This document shows positions 55,709 to 64,000 of a stretch of 64,000 nucleotides of DNA, piece after piece. Each line of letters begins with the position of its first letter. The first letter of the stretch is position 1. Below the pieces are notes generated by a model, which had not been told where the DNA came from, did not search any database, and worked only from the letters and a program-made list of their open reading frames with translations. Origin of the DNA: Alphaproteobacteria bacterium (GTDB lineage Bacteria > Pseudomonadota > Alphaproteobacteria > UBA9219 > RFNS01); NCBI GenBank assembly GCA_037200005.1, contig JBBCGY010000002.1, forward strand, positions 460,667-524,666. Reading direction: 5' to 3'. Position numbers and translations under genes: made by a program.

Positions 55709-56491
55709 ATGCTTATCGACTCCCACTGCCATCTCGACTTCCCGGCGCTTGCGAAGGATCAGCAGGGCGTCGTCGAGCGCGCGCGCGCGGCGGGGGTGGG
55801 CCGGTTTCTGACGATCTCGACGCATATCACGAAAGCGCGGCAGGTGATCGGCGTCGCGGAATCCTATCCCGACGTGTTCTGCACCATCGGCGTGCATCCG
55901 CATCATGTGGCCGAGGACGGCGAGCAGGTGACGGCGGCTGATTTGGCGGCGAAGGCCGATCATCCGAAAATCGCCGCGCTGGGGGAAACCGGCCTCGATT
56001 ATTTTTACGATACCGCGCCCAGGCAGCGGCAGCAGGAAAGCTTCCGCGAGCATATGCGCGCCTGCATCGCAACCGGCCTGCCGATGATCGTGCATAGCCG
56101 CGATGCCGAGGAAGACACGGCCTCCCTTATCGCCGAGGAGCGGCGCGGCAAGGAAGACAAACTGCATGGCGTGATGCATTGCTTCAGCTCGAAGCGCATA
56201 TTGGCCGAAGCGGCGCTGGCGATGGGATTTTACATATCCTTTTCCGGCATCCTGACCTTCAAGAAATCCGAGGAATTGCGCGCCATCGCGCGCGACGTGC
56301 CGCTCGACCGGCTGCTGGTCGAAACCGACGCGCCGTTCCTCGCCCCGGAACCTTATCGCGGCAAACAAAACGAACCGGCTTTTATCGTGCATACCGCCGC
56401 CGTCTTGGCGCAGGTCAAAGGGGTAACAACCGACCAAATAGCGGCAATCACCACGGAAAATTTTTACCGCTTGTTCACGAAGGTGAACTGA
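55709..56491 (+). CDS. tatD: TatD-family metal-dependent DNase/hydrolase
   Basis: MLIDSHCHLDF...GVHPHH...GETGLDYFY...HSRDAE...ETDAPFLAP. Confidence 0.85.
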   Translation: MLIDSHCHLDFPALAKDQQGVVERARAAGVGRFLTISTHITKARQVIGVAESYPDVFCTIGVHPHHVAEDGEQVTAADLAAKADHPKIAALGETGLDYFYDTAPRQRQQESFREHMRACIATGLPMIVHSRDAEEDTASLIAEERRGKEDKLHGVMHCFSSKRILAEAALAMGFYISFSGILTFKKSEELRAIARDVPLDRLLVETDAPFLAPEPYRGKQNEPAFIVHTAAVLAQVKGVTTDQIAAITTENFYRLFTKVN

Positions 56492-56572
56492 TCCTGTACT
56501 TCAAGGATAGAAAATATAATTTCGATATCAAAATAAATAGTTGCTTCAGACTTTTCCGATATCACTGAGGGC

Positions 56573-56956
56573 ATGAATGGCTTCACTTTCATGCAAAAAC
56601 TTGATCCGGTTTCCGCCTGGGCGTGGCTGCGGAGCCATGAGAAACTCAAGGATATGCGCGACCTGATGGGCCGGATGCGTTGCGCGGCGCAGACCGACGA
56701 TAAAATGACGCCGAAAATGATGCGGCTGATGAAGGATATCGCCTTCGAGGAAGATTCGGAGCGCCAGGCCATTCTCGCCATCGCCGATGCGGAACGCCGG
56801 CATCGCCAGCGCAAGGCGAACAAGCAGCTTAAACGGATTTGTCAGCCGCCGCTTCTACAGCCGCAAAAACCAAAAGAAGATATGGAGTGGTTGTTGGGAT
56901 TCTTTATTGGCCTTGCGCTGGTTCCGCGGCCTAATCCCGGCAATGCGAACAGGTAG
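56573..56956 (+). CDS. hypothetical protein (127 aa)
   Basis: Intact ORF. Basic and helical. C-terminal hydrophobic stretch WLLGFFIGLALV. Confidence 0.3.
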   Translation: MNGFTFMQKLDPVSAWAWLRSHEKLKDMRDLMGRMRCAAQTDDKMTPKMMRLMKDIAFEEDSERQAILAIADAERRHRQRKANKQLKRICQPPLLQPQKPKEDMEWLLGFFIGLALVPRPNPGNANR

Positions 56957-56961
56957 AAGGA

Positions 56962-57291
56962 TTAGCGGCGTTTCGCGTCTTCCCCGGCAAGCGGCACAAG
57001 CGCGATGCGGAAATCGGGAAATTTCTTCTTAAGCACGGCGCGGAAGGCGATAAGCCCGGTGCCGATGCCGATGAGGGTGCCGAGGGCGGCAATTATTCCC
57101 GCCAATGTTTGCGAGTCCATGCCTAAGGCAAGACCCATATAACCGGCCGCGAGGCCTATGATGAAACTGCTGATAAGACCGAGCAACCCCGCGCGCCAGC
57201 AGAAGGCCCACCAGATTTTTATGATGCGTTTCCAGGTGAGGTCCAGCGGGGTGGTCGGGGCTGGGGAGGCGGAAGAAGGCATGGCATTCAT
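56962..57291 (-). CDS. small inner-membrane hypothetical protein
   Basis: Two to three TM helices (IWWAFCWRAGLLGLISSFIIGLAAGYMGLALG...IIAALGTLIGIGTGLIAF). Confidence 0.4.
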   Translation of the reverse strand: MNAMPSSASPAPTTPLDLTWKRIIKIWWAFCWRAGLLGLISSFIIGLAAGYMGLALGMDSQTLAGIIAALGTLIGIGTGLIAFRAVLKKKFPDFRIALVPLAGEDAKRR

Positions 57292-57323
57292 CGAATAAGC
57301 CTGTTGCTAAGACAGCCTTACTT

Positions 57324-57483
57324 GATTTTGCCTTCTTTGAATTTGACGTGCTTGCGCAGTTTTGGCGTCGTATTTGTTCAGTTCGAGCTTTTTGGTGTTG
57401 TTTTTCGGGTTTTTCTTCGTGACGTAGAAAGTACCGGTGCCGCCTTCGCTGAGCATCTTGATCGCGTTTTTGGTCTTAGCCAT
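57324..57483 (-). pseudogene. rpmG: 50S ribosomal protein L33 with an apparent extra A/T in a T4 run (57356-57359)
   Basis: MAKTKNAIKMLSEGGTGTFYVTKKNPKNNTKKLELNKYDAK then out of frame. Removing one A from GCCAAAACTGCGC yields ...KLRKHVKFKEGKIK*, the canonical L33 C-terminus. Confidence 0.75.
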
Positions 57484-57612
57484 TGTCATTCACCTGAAAA
57501 TTCAGCCATGGAAGCCCGGAACATCTTGAAAATCAGCCATTTTGTCAAGCTTTTGTTGCCGGAAGAGCAGAAACCGGTTAATGGTTAAAATCACGCTATC
57601 AGGGAAGCCGCC

Positions 57613-59405
57613 ATGTTCAAGCAAATCATGAAATATACCGTCGCGTCTTTGCGGCAATCGGGTTTCTGGTCGTTTTGGCAGTCGCTGGAGGCGTTTGGCT
57701 GGCGATGCATAAGGCGTCCGCGCCGCCGAAGATCCCCCGAGAAAATTATTCTGGTCGTGAATTTTAACACCGACCTGGTGGAAGAAGCCGAGGATATGCC
57801 GATATCGCTCAGGTCTTTCGTCGATACCATGACCCAGGATCGGGAGGTTTCGGTGCATGATGTCGTCGGCGCTCTGGAGCGCGGCAGCAAAGATGCGCAT
57901 GTTCTCGGCGTCATCGGGCTGTTCGGCAAGAATCTGCCTCATATGGCGCATGGCCAGGAAATTCGGGCCGCCCTGCAGAAATTCCGCGAGGCGGGAAAAT
58001 TCTCCTATGCTTTTTCTCCCAGCTTCGGCGATTTCGGCCCCAGCAACAGCGCTTATTACCTCGCCTCGGCCCTTCGAGAAAAATCTGGGTGCAGCCGGTC
58101 GGCACGGTCGGCCTGGTCCGGATTGCAGATAGAACAGCCTTTCGCCCCGCGCCGCCCTGGAGAAAGCCGGGGTGAAAGCGCATTTCGTGCAGCGCGAAGA
58201 ATATAAGACCGCGTTCGAATTCCTGAGCGAAGATAAAATGCCCGCGCCCGCCCGTGAAATGATGCAGTCGATGCTCGACGACATGAACGAGCAGCTGGCG
58301 TCCGGGATCGCGGCAAGCCGGAGTCTGCCGATCGAGCGGGTCAAGGAATTGATGGCCGGAGGGCCGTATACCGCGCAAGAGGCGCTCGATAAAAAACTGA
58401 TCGATCAGATCGGCTATAGCGACGAGATCGATAAAATCATGAATGACACCTATGGCAAGAAAGCCATGATGCGTCCCGAGGAGTATGTCGACTTGCCGCT
58501 CGACATGAAGAAAAACCCCATGCCGAAAGAGACGGTGGCGTTCATCGTCGCGCACGGCGAGATCGCCGATCGCGCCGAGCATTACAGCCCGCTTTCCCGG
58601 CGGCGAGACCATGGACGCCCGTGAAGTGGCCGAAGCCTTGCGCGATGCCGCCGAGGATAAGGAAGTGAAGCTGATTATCGTCCGCGTCGATAGTCCCGGC
58701 GGCTCGCCGTCGGCCTCGGAAACGATACGCCGCGCTTTGGTCAAAGCGCAGGACAAAGGCAAGAAGGGTCATCATATCGATGGGCGCCATGGCTGGTTCC
58801 GGCGGCTATTGGATCGCCATGAACGGCGACCGGATTTTTGCCGATCCCGCGACTCTCACCGGCTCGATCGGCGTCCTGGGCGGCAAGTTTATTCTTGCGG
58901 GCTTATACGAAAAACTGGGCATCAATTGGGATGTGCTGCAGACGGGGGGGAATATGGGCATGTGGTCGATGCTGCATGATTATACGCCCCGCGGAACAGG
59001 CGCGGATGGATGCGTTGATCGACGACACTTATAATACTTTCCCGCGAGAATGTTTCGAAAGCGCGAAAGATTCCGATGGATAAAATGCCGGCGGTCAGCA
59101 AAGGGCGCGTCTTTACCGGAGCGCAAGCCGTCAAGAACGGTCTTGTCGATGAACTGGGCGGTTTGAGCGCGGCCATTGCCTATGCCAAGACCAGCATGGG
59201 TCTGCAGCCTACGGACCTGATCATGCTCATAGCAGTTTCCGCCGCAGAAACGCCCGCGGAAAAGCTGGAACAGATGCTAAGGCAATATTTCGAGCCGAAA
59301 GTCTCTATGCCCAATCTCGGCGTGGCCATGAATCAATTGCATGAGTGGCTCGCGAGCATAGCGGCGCAGCCCGTCGCTCGAATGCCTTACATCGGGTTGA
59401 ATTAA
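57613..59405 (+). pseudogene. sppA: signal peptide peptidase SppA (protease IV) broken into >=6 frame segments by homopolymer indels
   Basis: Segments in different frames concatenate to ...HVLGVIGLFGK...FSPSFGDFGPSNSAYYLASALREK|IWVQPVGTVGLVR...KAHFVQREEYK...IVAHGEIAD...|TMDAREVAEA...LIIVRVDSPGGSPSASE...KGKK|VIISMGAMAGSGGYWIAM...|AEQARMDALIDDTYNTF|...MDKMPAVSKGRVFTGAQAVKNGLVDELGGL. Shifts include A5 at 58079-58083, GGG at ~58770 and CCCC at ~58990. Confidence 0.7.
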
Positions 59406-59419
59406 TGGAGCGTCGTATC

Positions 59420-59990
59420 CGGTCGGTTATTCTTATTTTCTTCCGCCAGATGCTTGAGATTGGCCTGTAAATAATCCCAGCGGTAATGAGGGTGAGCACG
59501 CCTGAGATCCACAGCAGGGTCGAGCCGATAAGAATCGACGGCACCGACTCAGGTCCGTAATCGCCGATGATAAGAAACGGACAGGGCCACGAATTGCAGC
59601 GTGGTTTTCCATTTCGACAGCTTGCTGACCGGCACGCTGACTTTGACCTCGCCAGGAACTCGCGCAACCCGGACACGGCAACTTCGCGCATGAGAATGAT
59701 GATCGCGGGGATGATCGCCGCGCCGTCGATGGCCCGCGTATTGGCCAGGTCAAGATCACCGCCGCCACCAGCATTTGTCCGCGATGACATCCATGACTTT
59801 GCCGAAACTGGAGACCAGGGCCTGCTTGCGCGCCAGATAACCGTCGAGCCAGTCGGTAATCGCCGCCGCCGCGAACAGGATAAGCGCCAGCCACGCGCTC
59901 CAGGTCGCCGACATCAGGATAAGGCCCCAGAATGATCGGAATGATCGCTATCCGGGCTACGGTCAATTGATTGGGAAGATTATCGAGCAT
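59420..59990 (-). pseudogene. pgsA: CDP-alcohol phosphatidyltransferase (PgsA-like) with multiple frameshifts
   Basis: N-terminus [21 protein letters not shown]... Later pieces ...IILMREVAVSGLREFLA... and ...GSTLLWISGVLTLITAGIIY... lie in other frames. Confidence 0.5.
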
Positions 59991-60115
59991 CGACGATATT
60001 TACCTATGATTTGCCCCACAATATACCGGAAAATGCGGTGGTGAAAACGGTTCATTTGCCTGCCGGGCGGGTCAAACATTGAATTATGGGGAATTTTACG
60101 GCCAATATCGCGCCA

Positions 60116-61198
60116 TGAATCTCGTCATTAAAATCGGCACGGCGGCGCTCAGCCGGGAAGACGGAACCCCGACCCCGTCCTGCTCGGCAATCTCGCGGCG
60201 GAGATCGCCTCCCTGAAGCGCGAGGGGGCCCATGTCGTGCTGGTCTCTTCGGGCGCGATGGGAACGGGGCGGACTATCCTGGCAGCCCAGGGCCGCGCGC
60301 TGCGCCATTGCGACCAGGTTGGCGGAGCGGCAGATTCTCGCCGCGCTCGGCCAGCCCAGATTGATGACGCTGTATCAGGATTTGCTGGCGCCCCACGGCA
60401 TCATCCCGGCGCAGATTTTGCTGACGAAGCAGGATTTCCGCACCCGCGATCATCACAAGAATATCGCGCATCTGTTCGCCATGCTGCATGGGCAACCGCA
60501 TATCCTGCCGGTCGTGAACGAGAATGACAGCGTCGCCATCACCGAACTTATGTTCACCGACAATGACGAGCTGGCGGGCCTGCTCGCGGCGATGCTCAAT
60601 GCCGACCGCCTGATTATCCTGTCGAACATCGCGGGGGTCTATGATTGCCCGCCGGACGAGCCGGGAGCGGCGGTCATTCCCGTCATCGACTGGCAGGAGA
60701 AGAAATCCGCCGTGACCGTCGGAAAATCGAAAACCGGGCGCGGCGGCATGGCCAGCAAGCTCGGCATCGCCAAGAAAATGGCCATGCTCGGCATTCGCAC
60801 GCATATCGCCTCGGCGCGCGAGCCGGAGATCATCGGCCGTATCATGCGCGACGAAACGGGCCGGCACGGTTTCCCTGCCGCTATCCGGCAAGCGCGGCGC
60901 CGTAAAGCGGTGGCTCGGCAGCGAAGCCCATATGACCCAAGCTTCGGTGACCGCCAACATATGTCTTGCCGCCATGCTGCGCGACGAAGAGAAGGTGTTC
61001 AGCGTGCTTCCGGTAGGCTTGAGCGCCATCGACGGCGATTTCGACAAAGGCGATCTGGTGCGGATCGTGGACGAGAATAAAAAACTGCTCGCGCTCGGCG
61101 TGGCCCGCTACGGTTCGAGCAAGCTTCGCCCGGTGCTGGAAAAGAAACAGCAGCCGGTTTTCGTGCATTACGATCATCTGCACAGAACGGAAGGCTGA
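60116..61198 (+). pseudogene. proB: glutamate 5-kinase (ProB, with PUA domain) with >=3 frameshifts
   Basis: MNLVIKIGTAALSREDG / PVLLGNLAAEIASLKREGAHVVLVSSGAMG / ATRLAERQILAALGQPRLMTLYQDLLAP...PVVNENDSVAITE...GGMASKL / ...GDLVRIVDENKKLLALGVARYGSSKL lie in different frames. Confidence 0.7.
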
Positions 61199-61199
61199 G

Positions 61200-61539
61200 A
61201 TGGACATTATTCCCTTCGATCAGTTCGCCGCCGTCGAATTACGCGCCGGTACTGTGGTGCGCGCCGAAACTTTTCCGCAGGCGCGCAAGCCTGCTTATAA
61301 AATCTGGGTGGATTTCGGCCCGGAATTCGGCGTCCGGCAAAGCTCGGAGCAGCTTACGGTGCATTACACGCCGGAAAGTTTGATCGGCAAGCAAATCGTC
61401 CGGCTGCCTCAATCTCGGCGAGCGGAATATCGGCGGCTTCATGTCGCAATTTCTTTGCACAGGCTTTCCCGACGAGAACGGCGCGGTCGTGCTCGTCAGT
61501 CCCGACAAACCCGTTCCAAACGGAGCGAAGCTGTTTTGA
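61200..61539 (+). pseudogene. csaA: tRNA-binding protein CsaA/Trbp111-like with one frameshift (~61395-61405)
   Basis: MDIIPFDQFAAVELRAGTVVRAETFPQARKPAYKIWVDFGPEFGVRQSSEQL...LIGKQIV then +1 frame LNLGERNIGGFMSQFLCTGFPDENGAVVLVSPDKPVPNGAKLF*. Confidence 0.6.
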
Positions 61540-62805
61540 TGGATATGACGAATAATCCCCTAACTTCTATCGGCCGGCAGGCTAAGGCGGTGGCGGCGCT
61601 TTTGGCGCAGGCTTCCCCTGAGGAAAAAAAATGCGGCGCTGACGGCGATTGCCGCGGGATTGCGGGCGCGGGCGGGCGAAATTCTCGCCGCAAACGCCGC
61701 CGATATGGACGCGGCGCGGAAATCGGGCATGGATGAGGCGAAGCTCGACCGGCTGCGGCTTGACGAGAGGGCGCGGCTGGCGTCGATTGCGGCTGGCGTC
61801 GATACGGTGCGCGGGCTGCCCGATCCTGTCGACCGGCTGCTTTCCGAAACGGTGCGTCCCCAACGGTCTCAGGATCGAAAAACGCAGCGTGCCCGCTCGG
61901 CGTGATAGGCATTATTTTTGAATCGCGCCCCAATGTTACGGTCGATGCCGCCGCGCTATGCTTGAAAATCGGGGAATGCCTGCATTCTGCGCGGAGGAAG
62001 CGAAAGTTGGCATAGCGTGAAGGCGCTGGCGGGCGTTATCCAGGACGCTCTAGCGGCATCCGGCCTGCCGCGCGATGCGGTGCAGATTTTGCCTTCGACG
62101 GACCGCGAACTGGTCGGCGCGTTATTGCGGCTTGAGGATTATGTCGATGTCATCATTCCGCGCGGCGGGAAATCGCTGATCGCCAGGGTGCAGCAGGAAA
62201 GCCGGATTCCGGTCTTCAGCCATCTGGACGGCATTTGCCATACCTATATCGATGCCGAAGCCGATGCCGCGAAAGCCATCGCCGTGACGGTCAATGCCAA
62301 GATGCGGCGTCCGTCGGTCTGCGGCGCGACCGAATGCCTGCTGCTGCATCGGGATATCGTAGCGACAACGGGCCGGACGGTCATCGAAGCTTTGCTGGCA
62401 GCGGGCTGCGAAGTGCGCGCGCCGGAGGCGTTGCTGCCGTTCCATCCGCTGCTGAAACGCGTGGAGCCGGGCGATTACGGCCATGAATTCCTCGCGCCGA
62501 TCATCGCGGTGGCCGTGGTGGCGGATGCGCATGAAGCCGTGGATTTCATCAATTGCCACGGCTCGCAGCATACCGACGCGATCATCACCGAGAATGGCGC
62601 AACGGCGGATTATTTCCTGCGGCACGTGAACAGCGCGGTTGCGATCCACAATGCCTCGACGCAATTCGCGGATGGGGGCGAATTCGGCAAAGGGGCGGAG
62701 ATCGGCATCGCCACCGGCAAGCTTCACGCGCGCGGCCCCGTGGGGCTGGAGGAGCTGACGACCTATCAATATCGCTTGCATGGCAGCGGGCAAGCGAGGG
62801 GTTAA
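61539..62805 (+). pseudogene. proA: gamma-glutamyl phosphate reductase (ProA) with >=3 frameshifts in the first 500 nt
   Basis: MDMTNNPLTSIGRQAKAVAALLAQASPEEK(A8 tract)|NAALTAIAAGLRARAGEILAANAADMDAARK...ETVRP|[11 protein letters not shown]|[37 protein letters not shown]|[12 protein letters not shown]... then intact to the stop. Overlaps the csaA stop (ATGA). Confidence 0.7.
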
Positions 62806-62893
62806 GCCGCGTTAACCAAACATCGCTTTATTTACTTTCGCGAAAATAAGGTAGAGTGAAGCGATTGCATGCAAATATGTCGATGGGGCATCC

Positions 62894-63253
62894 ATGGCGC
62901 AGAATTATTCTCTGGATCAGATCACGGAAATCGTTAAAGGGCCGGCGAGCCGGATCGTCGAATGCGCCAGGGAAATGGGCGCGGGTTTCCATAAGCAAGT
63001 CGCGTGGATTGCTGCCCGCGATATGTGTTTGGCCACAGAATTCTGCAGTTTGGTCAAAAGCAATGCCGGCTTGGATGAAATATTGGCCGGAAGAGCGGAA
63101 TTCAGCATGAAGCATCTGGATACCCAGCTGGCAGGCCGAATGGCCGCGTTGCTCAAGCCTCCCCTGGAAGCAGACCCCGCTCCGAATGAGCCGAAATGCG
63201 TTCGCTCCGATGTGGCTGGCGGCTTGTCAAATCTGATGTTCGGGTTGGGCTGA
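62894..63253 (+). CDS. hypothetical protein (119 aa)
   Basis: Intact ORF. No motif. Confidence 0.3.
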   Translation: MAQNYSLDQITEIVKGPASRIVECAREMGAGFHKQVAWIAARDMCLATEFCSLVKSNAGLDEILAGRAEFSMKHLDTQLAGRMAALLKPPLEADPAPNEPKCVRSDVAGGLSNLMFGLG

Positions 63254-63288
63254 ATATTTTCTCCTGAACATTTTTGTCCCAATATTCT

Positions 63289-64000
63289 TCAATGAAACCA
63301 CGCATAAATCTTCCGCGCCAGACTGGCGCTGATGCCTGGCGCTTTCTGTAAATCGTGAACTCCCCGCTTCCGTCACCGCGCGTGCCGAGCCGAAATGGTG
63401 CAGCAGCGCCTTTTTTCGCGTCGGCCCGATGCCGGGGACGTCATCGAGCGGCGTCGAGCTTATGGCTTTCTGCCGTTTTTGCCGGTGCGCGCCGATGACG
63501 AAACGATGGGCTTCGTCGCGGAGGCGCTGCAGATAGAACAGCACGGGGTCGTTGGGCTGCAGCGTGAAATTCGTGCCGTCCGGCAGGTAAAATCTCTCCC
63601 GTCCGGCGTCGCGATCCGGCCCCTTGGCGATGCCGACGGCCATGATGTCGGTCAGGCCGAGTTCGCCGAGAATTTCCGTCACGGCGTTGAGCTGCCCCTG
63701 TCCGCCGTCGATCAGCAGCAGATCGGGCCATTGCGCGGTCTTGCGCTCGGAATCTTCTTCCATAAAGGCGGCGAAAGCGGCGAAGCATCACTTCGCGCAT
63801 CATTGCGTAATCGTCGCCGCCCGCGGATTCCGCGAAGCCTGGAGCGGCGGTGCTTGCCTGCTGCCCTTTGATATTAAACTTCCGGTATGACTTTTTGTCG
63901 AAGCCTTCCGGCCCGGCGACGATCATCGCGCCGGAAGCGTGGCGGCCCTGAATATGCGAATTGTCGTAAACCTCGATCCGCTTCGGCGTGTCGGACAATT
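63289..64000 (-). pseudogene. uvrC: excinuclease ABC subunit C (UvrC), C-terminal part only (gene continues beyond window end), with >=2 frameshifts
   Basis: RNaseH-like/HhH C-region. ...[10 protein letters not shown]...[17 protein letters not shown]...[11 protein letters not shown] then +1 frame [23 protein letters not shown] (GGGG run ~63350). Frame break near 63760. Confidence 0.7.

Noticed and set aside
57502-58762. Minus-strand ORFs (280 and 283 aa) across the sppA region
   Set aside because: They are the antisense of recognisable SppA segments. Their length is a by-product of GC-rich sequence.
1-64000. tRNA, rRNA, CRISPR array and insertion-sequence content
   Set aside because: Scanning for T-psi-C-like GGTTCGA(A/G)TCC motifs, regularly spaced direct repeats and transposase-like ORFs found nothing convincing.
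38394-64000. Interpreting the many frameshifted genes as genuine reductive-evolution pseudogenes or programmed frameshifting
   Set aside because: Indels sit in short (3-6 nt) homopolymers, too short for efficient slippage. They hit essential or highly conserved genes (rpmG, pgsA, proAB) while neighbours are intact, and they increase towards the window end. Sequencing error is more parsimonious, though not proven without reads.

Overview
This is a 64 kb GC-rich (~60%) bacterial chromosomal segment carrying about 80 genes and no rRNA, tRNA, CRISPR or transposase. The gene content points to Alphaproteobacteria (low confidence): Irr-type Fur regulator, CarD/CdnL, 7Fe ferredoxin, LptD, a non-fused thiolase/HCDH/ACAD beta-oxidation operon, LpxR-like deacylase. 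Layout: (i) 0-12.3 kb housekeeping genes plus a fatty-acid beta-oxidation operon and a HigBA-like toxin-antitoxin pair. (ii) 12.3-23.8 kb stress/envelope block: Dps, ElaB/YqjD-YqjE pair, OmpA-like, glycine-zipper lipoprotein, LpxR-like, two adjacent sensor kinases and an OmpR-type response regulator. (iii) 24-27 kb radical-SAM, GT2 glycosyltransferase, xthA. (iv) 27.1-32.1 kb the most unusual locus: three tightly coupled tandem paralogous genes for secreted Cys/Trp/Gly-rich proteins built from a shared 4-Cys N-terminal module plus one or three copies of a ~195-aa repeat that I recognise by motif as DUF1554/endostatin-like (C-type-lectin fold). An AT-rich DsbB-like gene lies just downstream. 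(v) 34-38.6 kb AT-richer accessory block: XRE regulators, a HemK/PrmC-like methyltransferase, an operon of three tiny ORFs, a PIG-L deacetylase, and a Cys-rich secreted protein with an A8 tract. (vi) 38.6-64 kb housekeeping genes (NifS-like, HscB, TrmFO, LptD, DacC, tmk, holB, metG, tatD, L33, SppA, PgsA, ProB, CsaA, ProA, UvrC-partial). In block (vi) an increasing number of genes are broken by single-nucleotide indels in short homopolymer runs. This includes ribosomal protein L33, so I interpret them mainly as sequencing or assembly errors near a low-coverage contig end, not biological pseudogenes. All functional calls are from reading the ORF translations for motifs and architecture; no database search was run.
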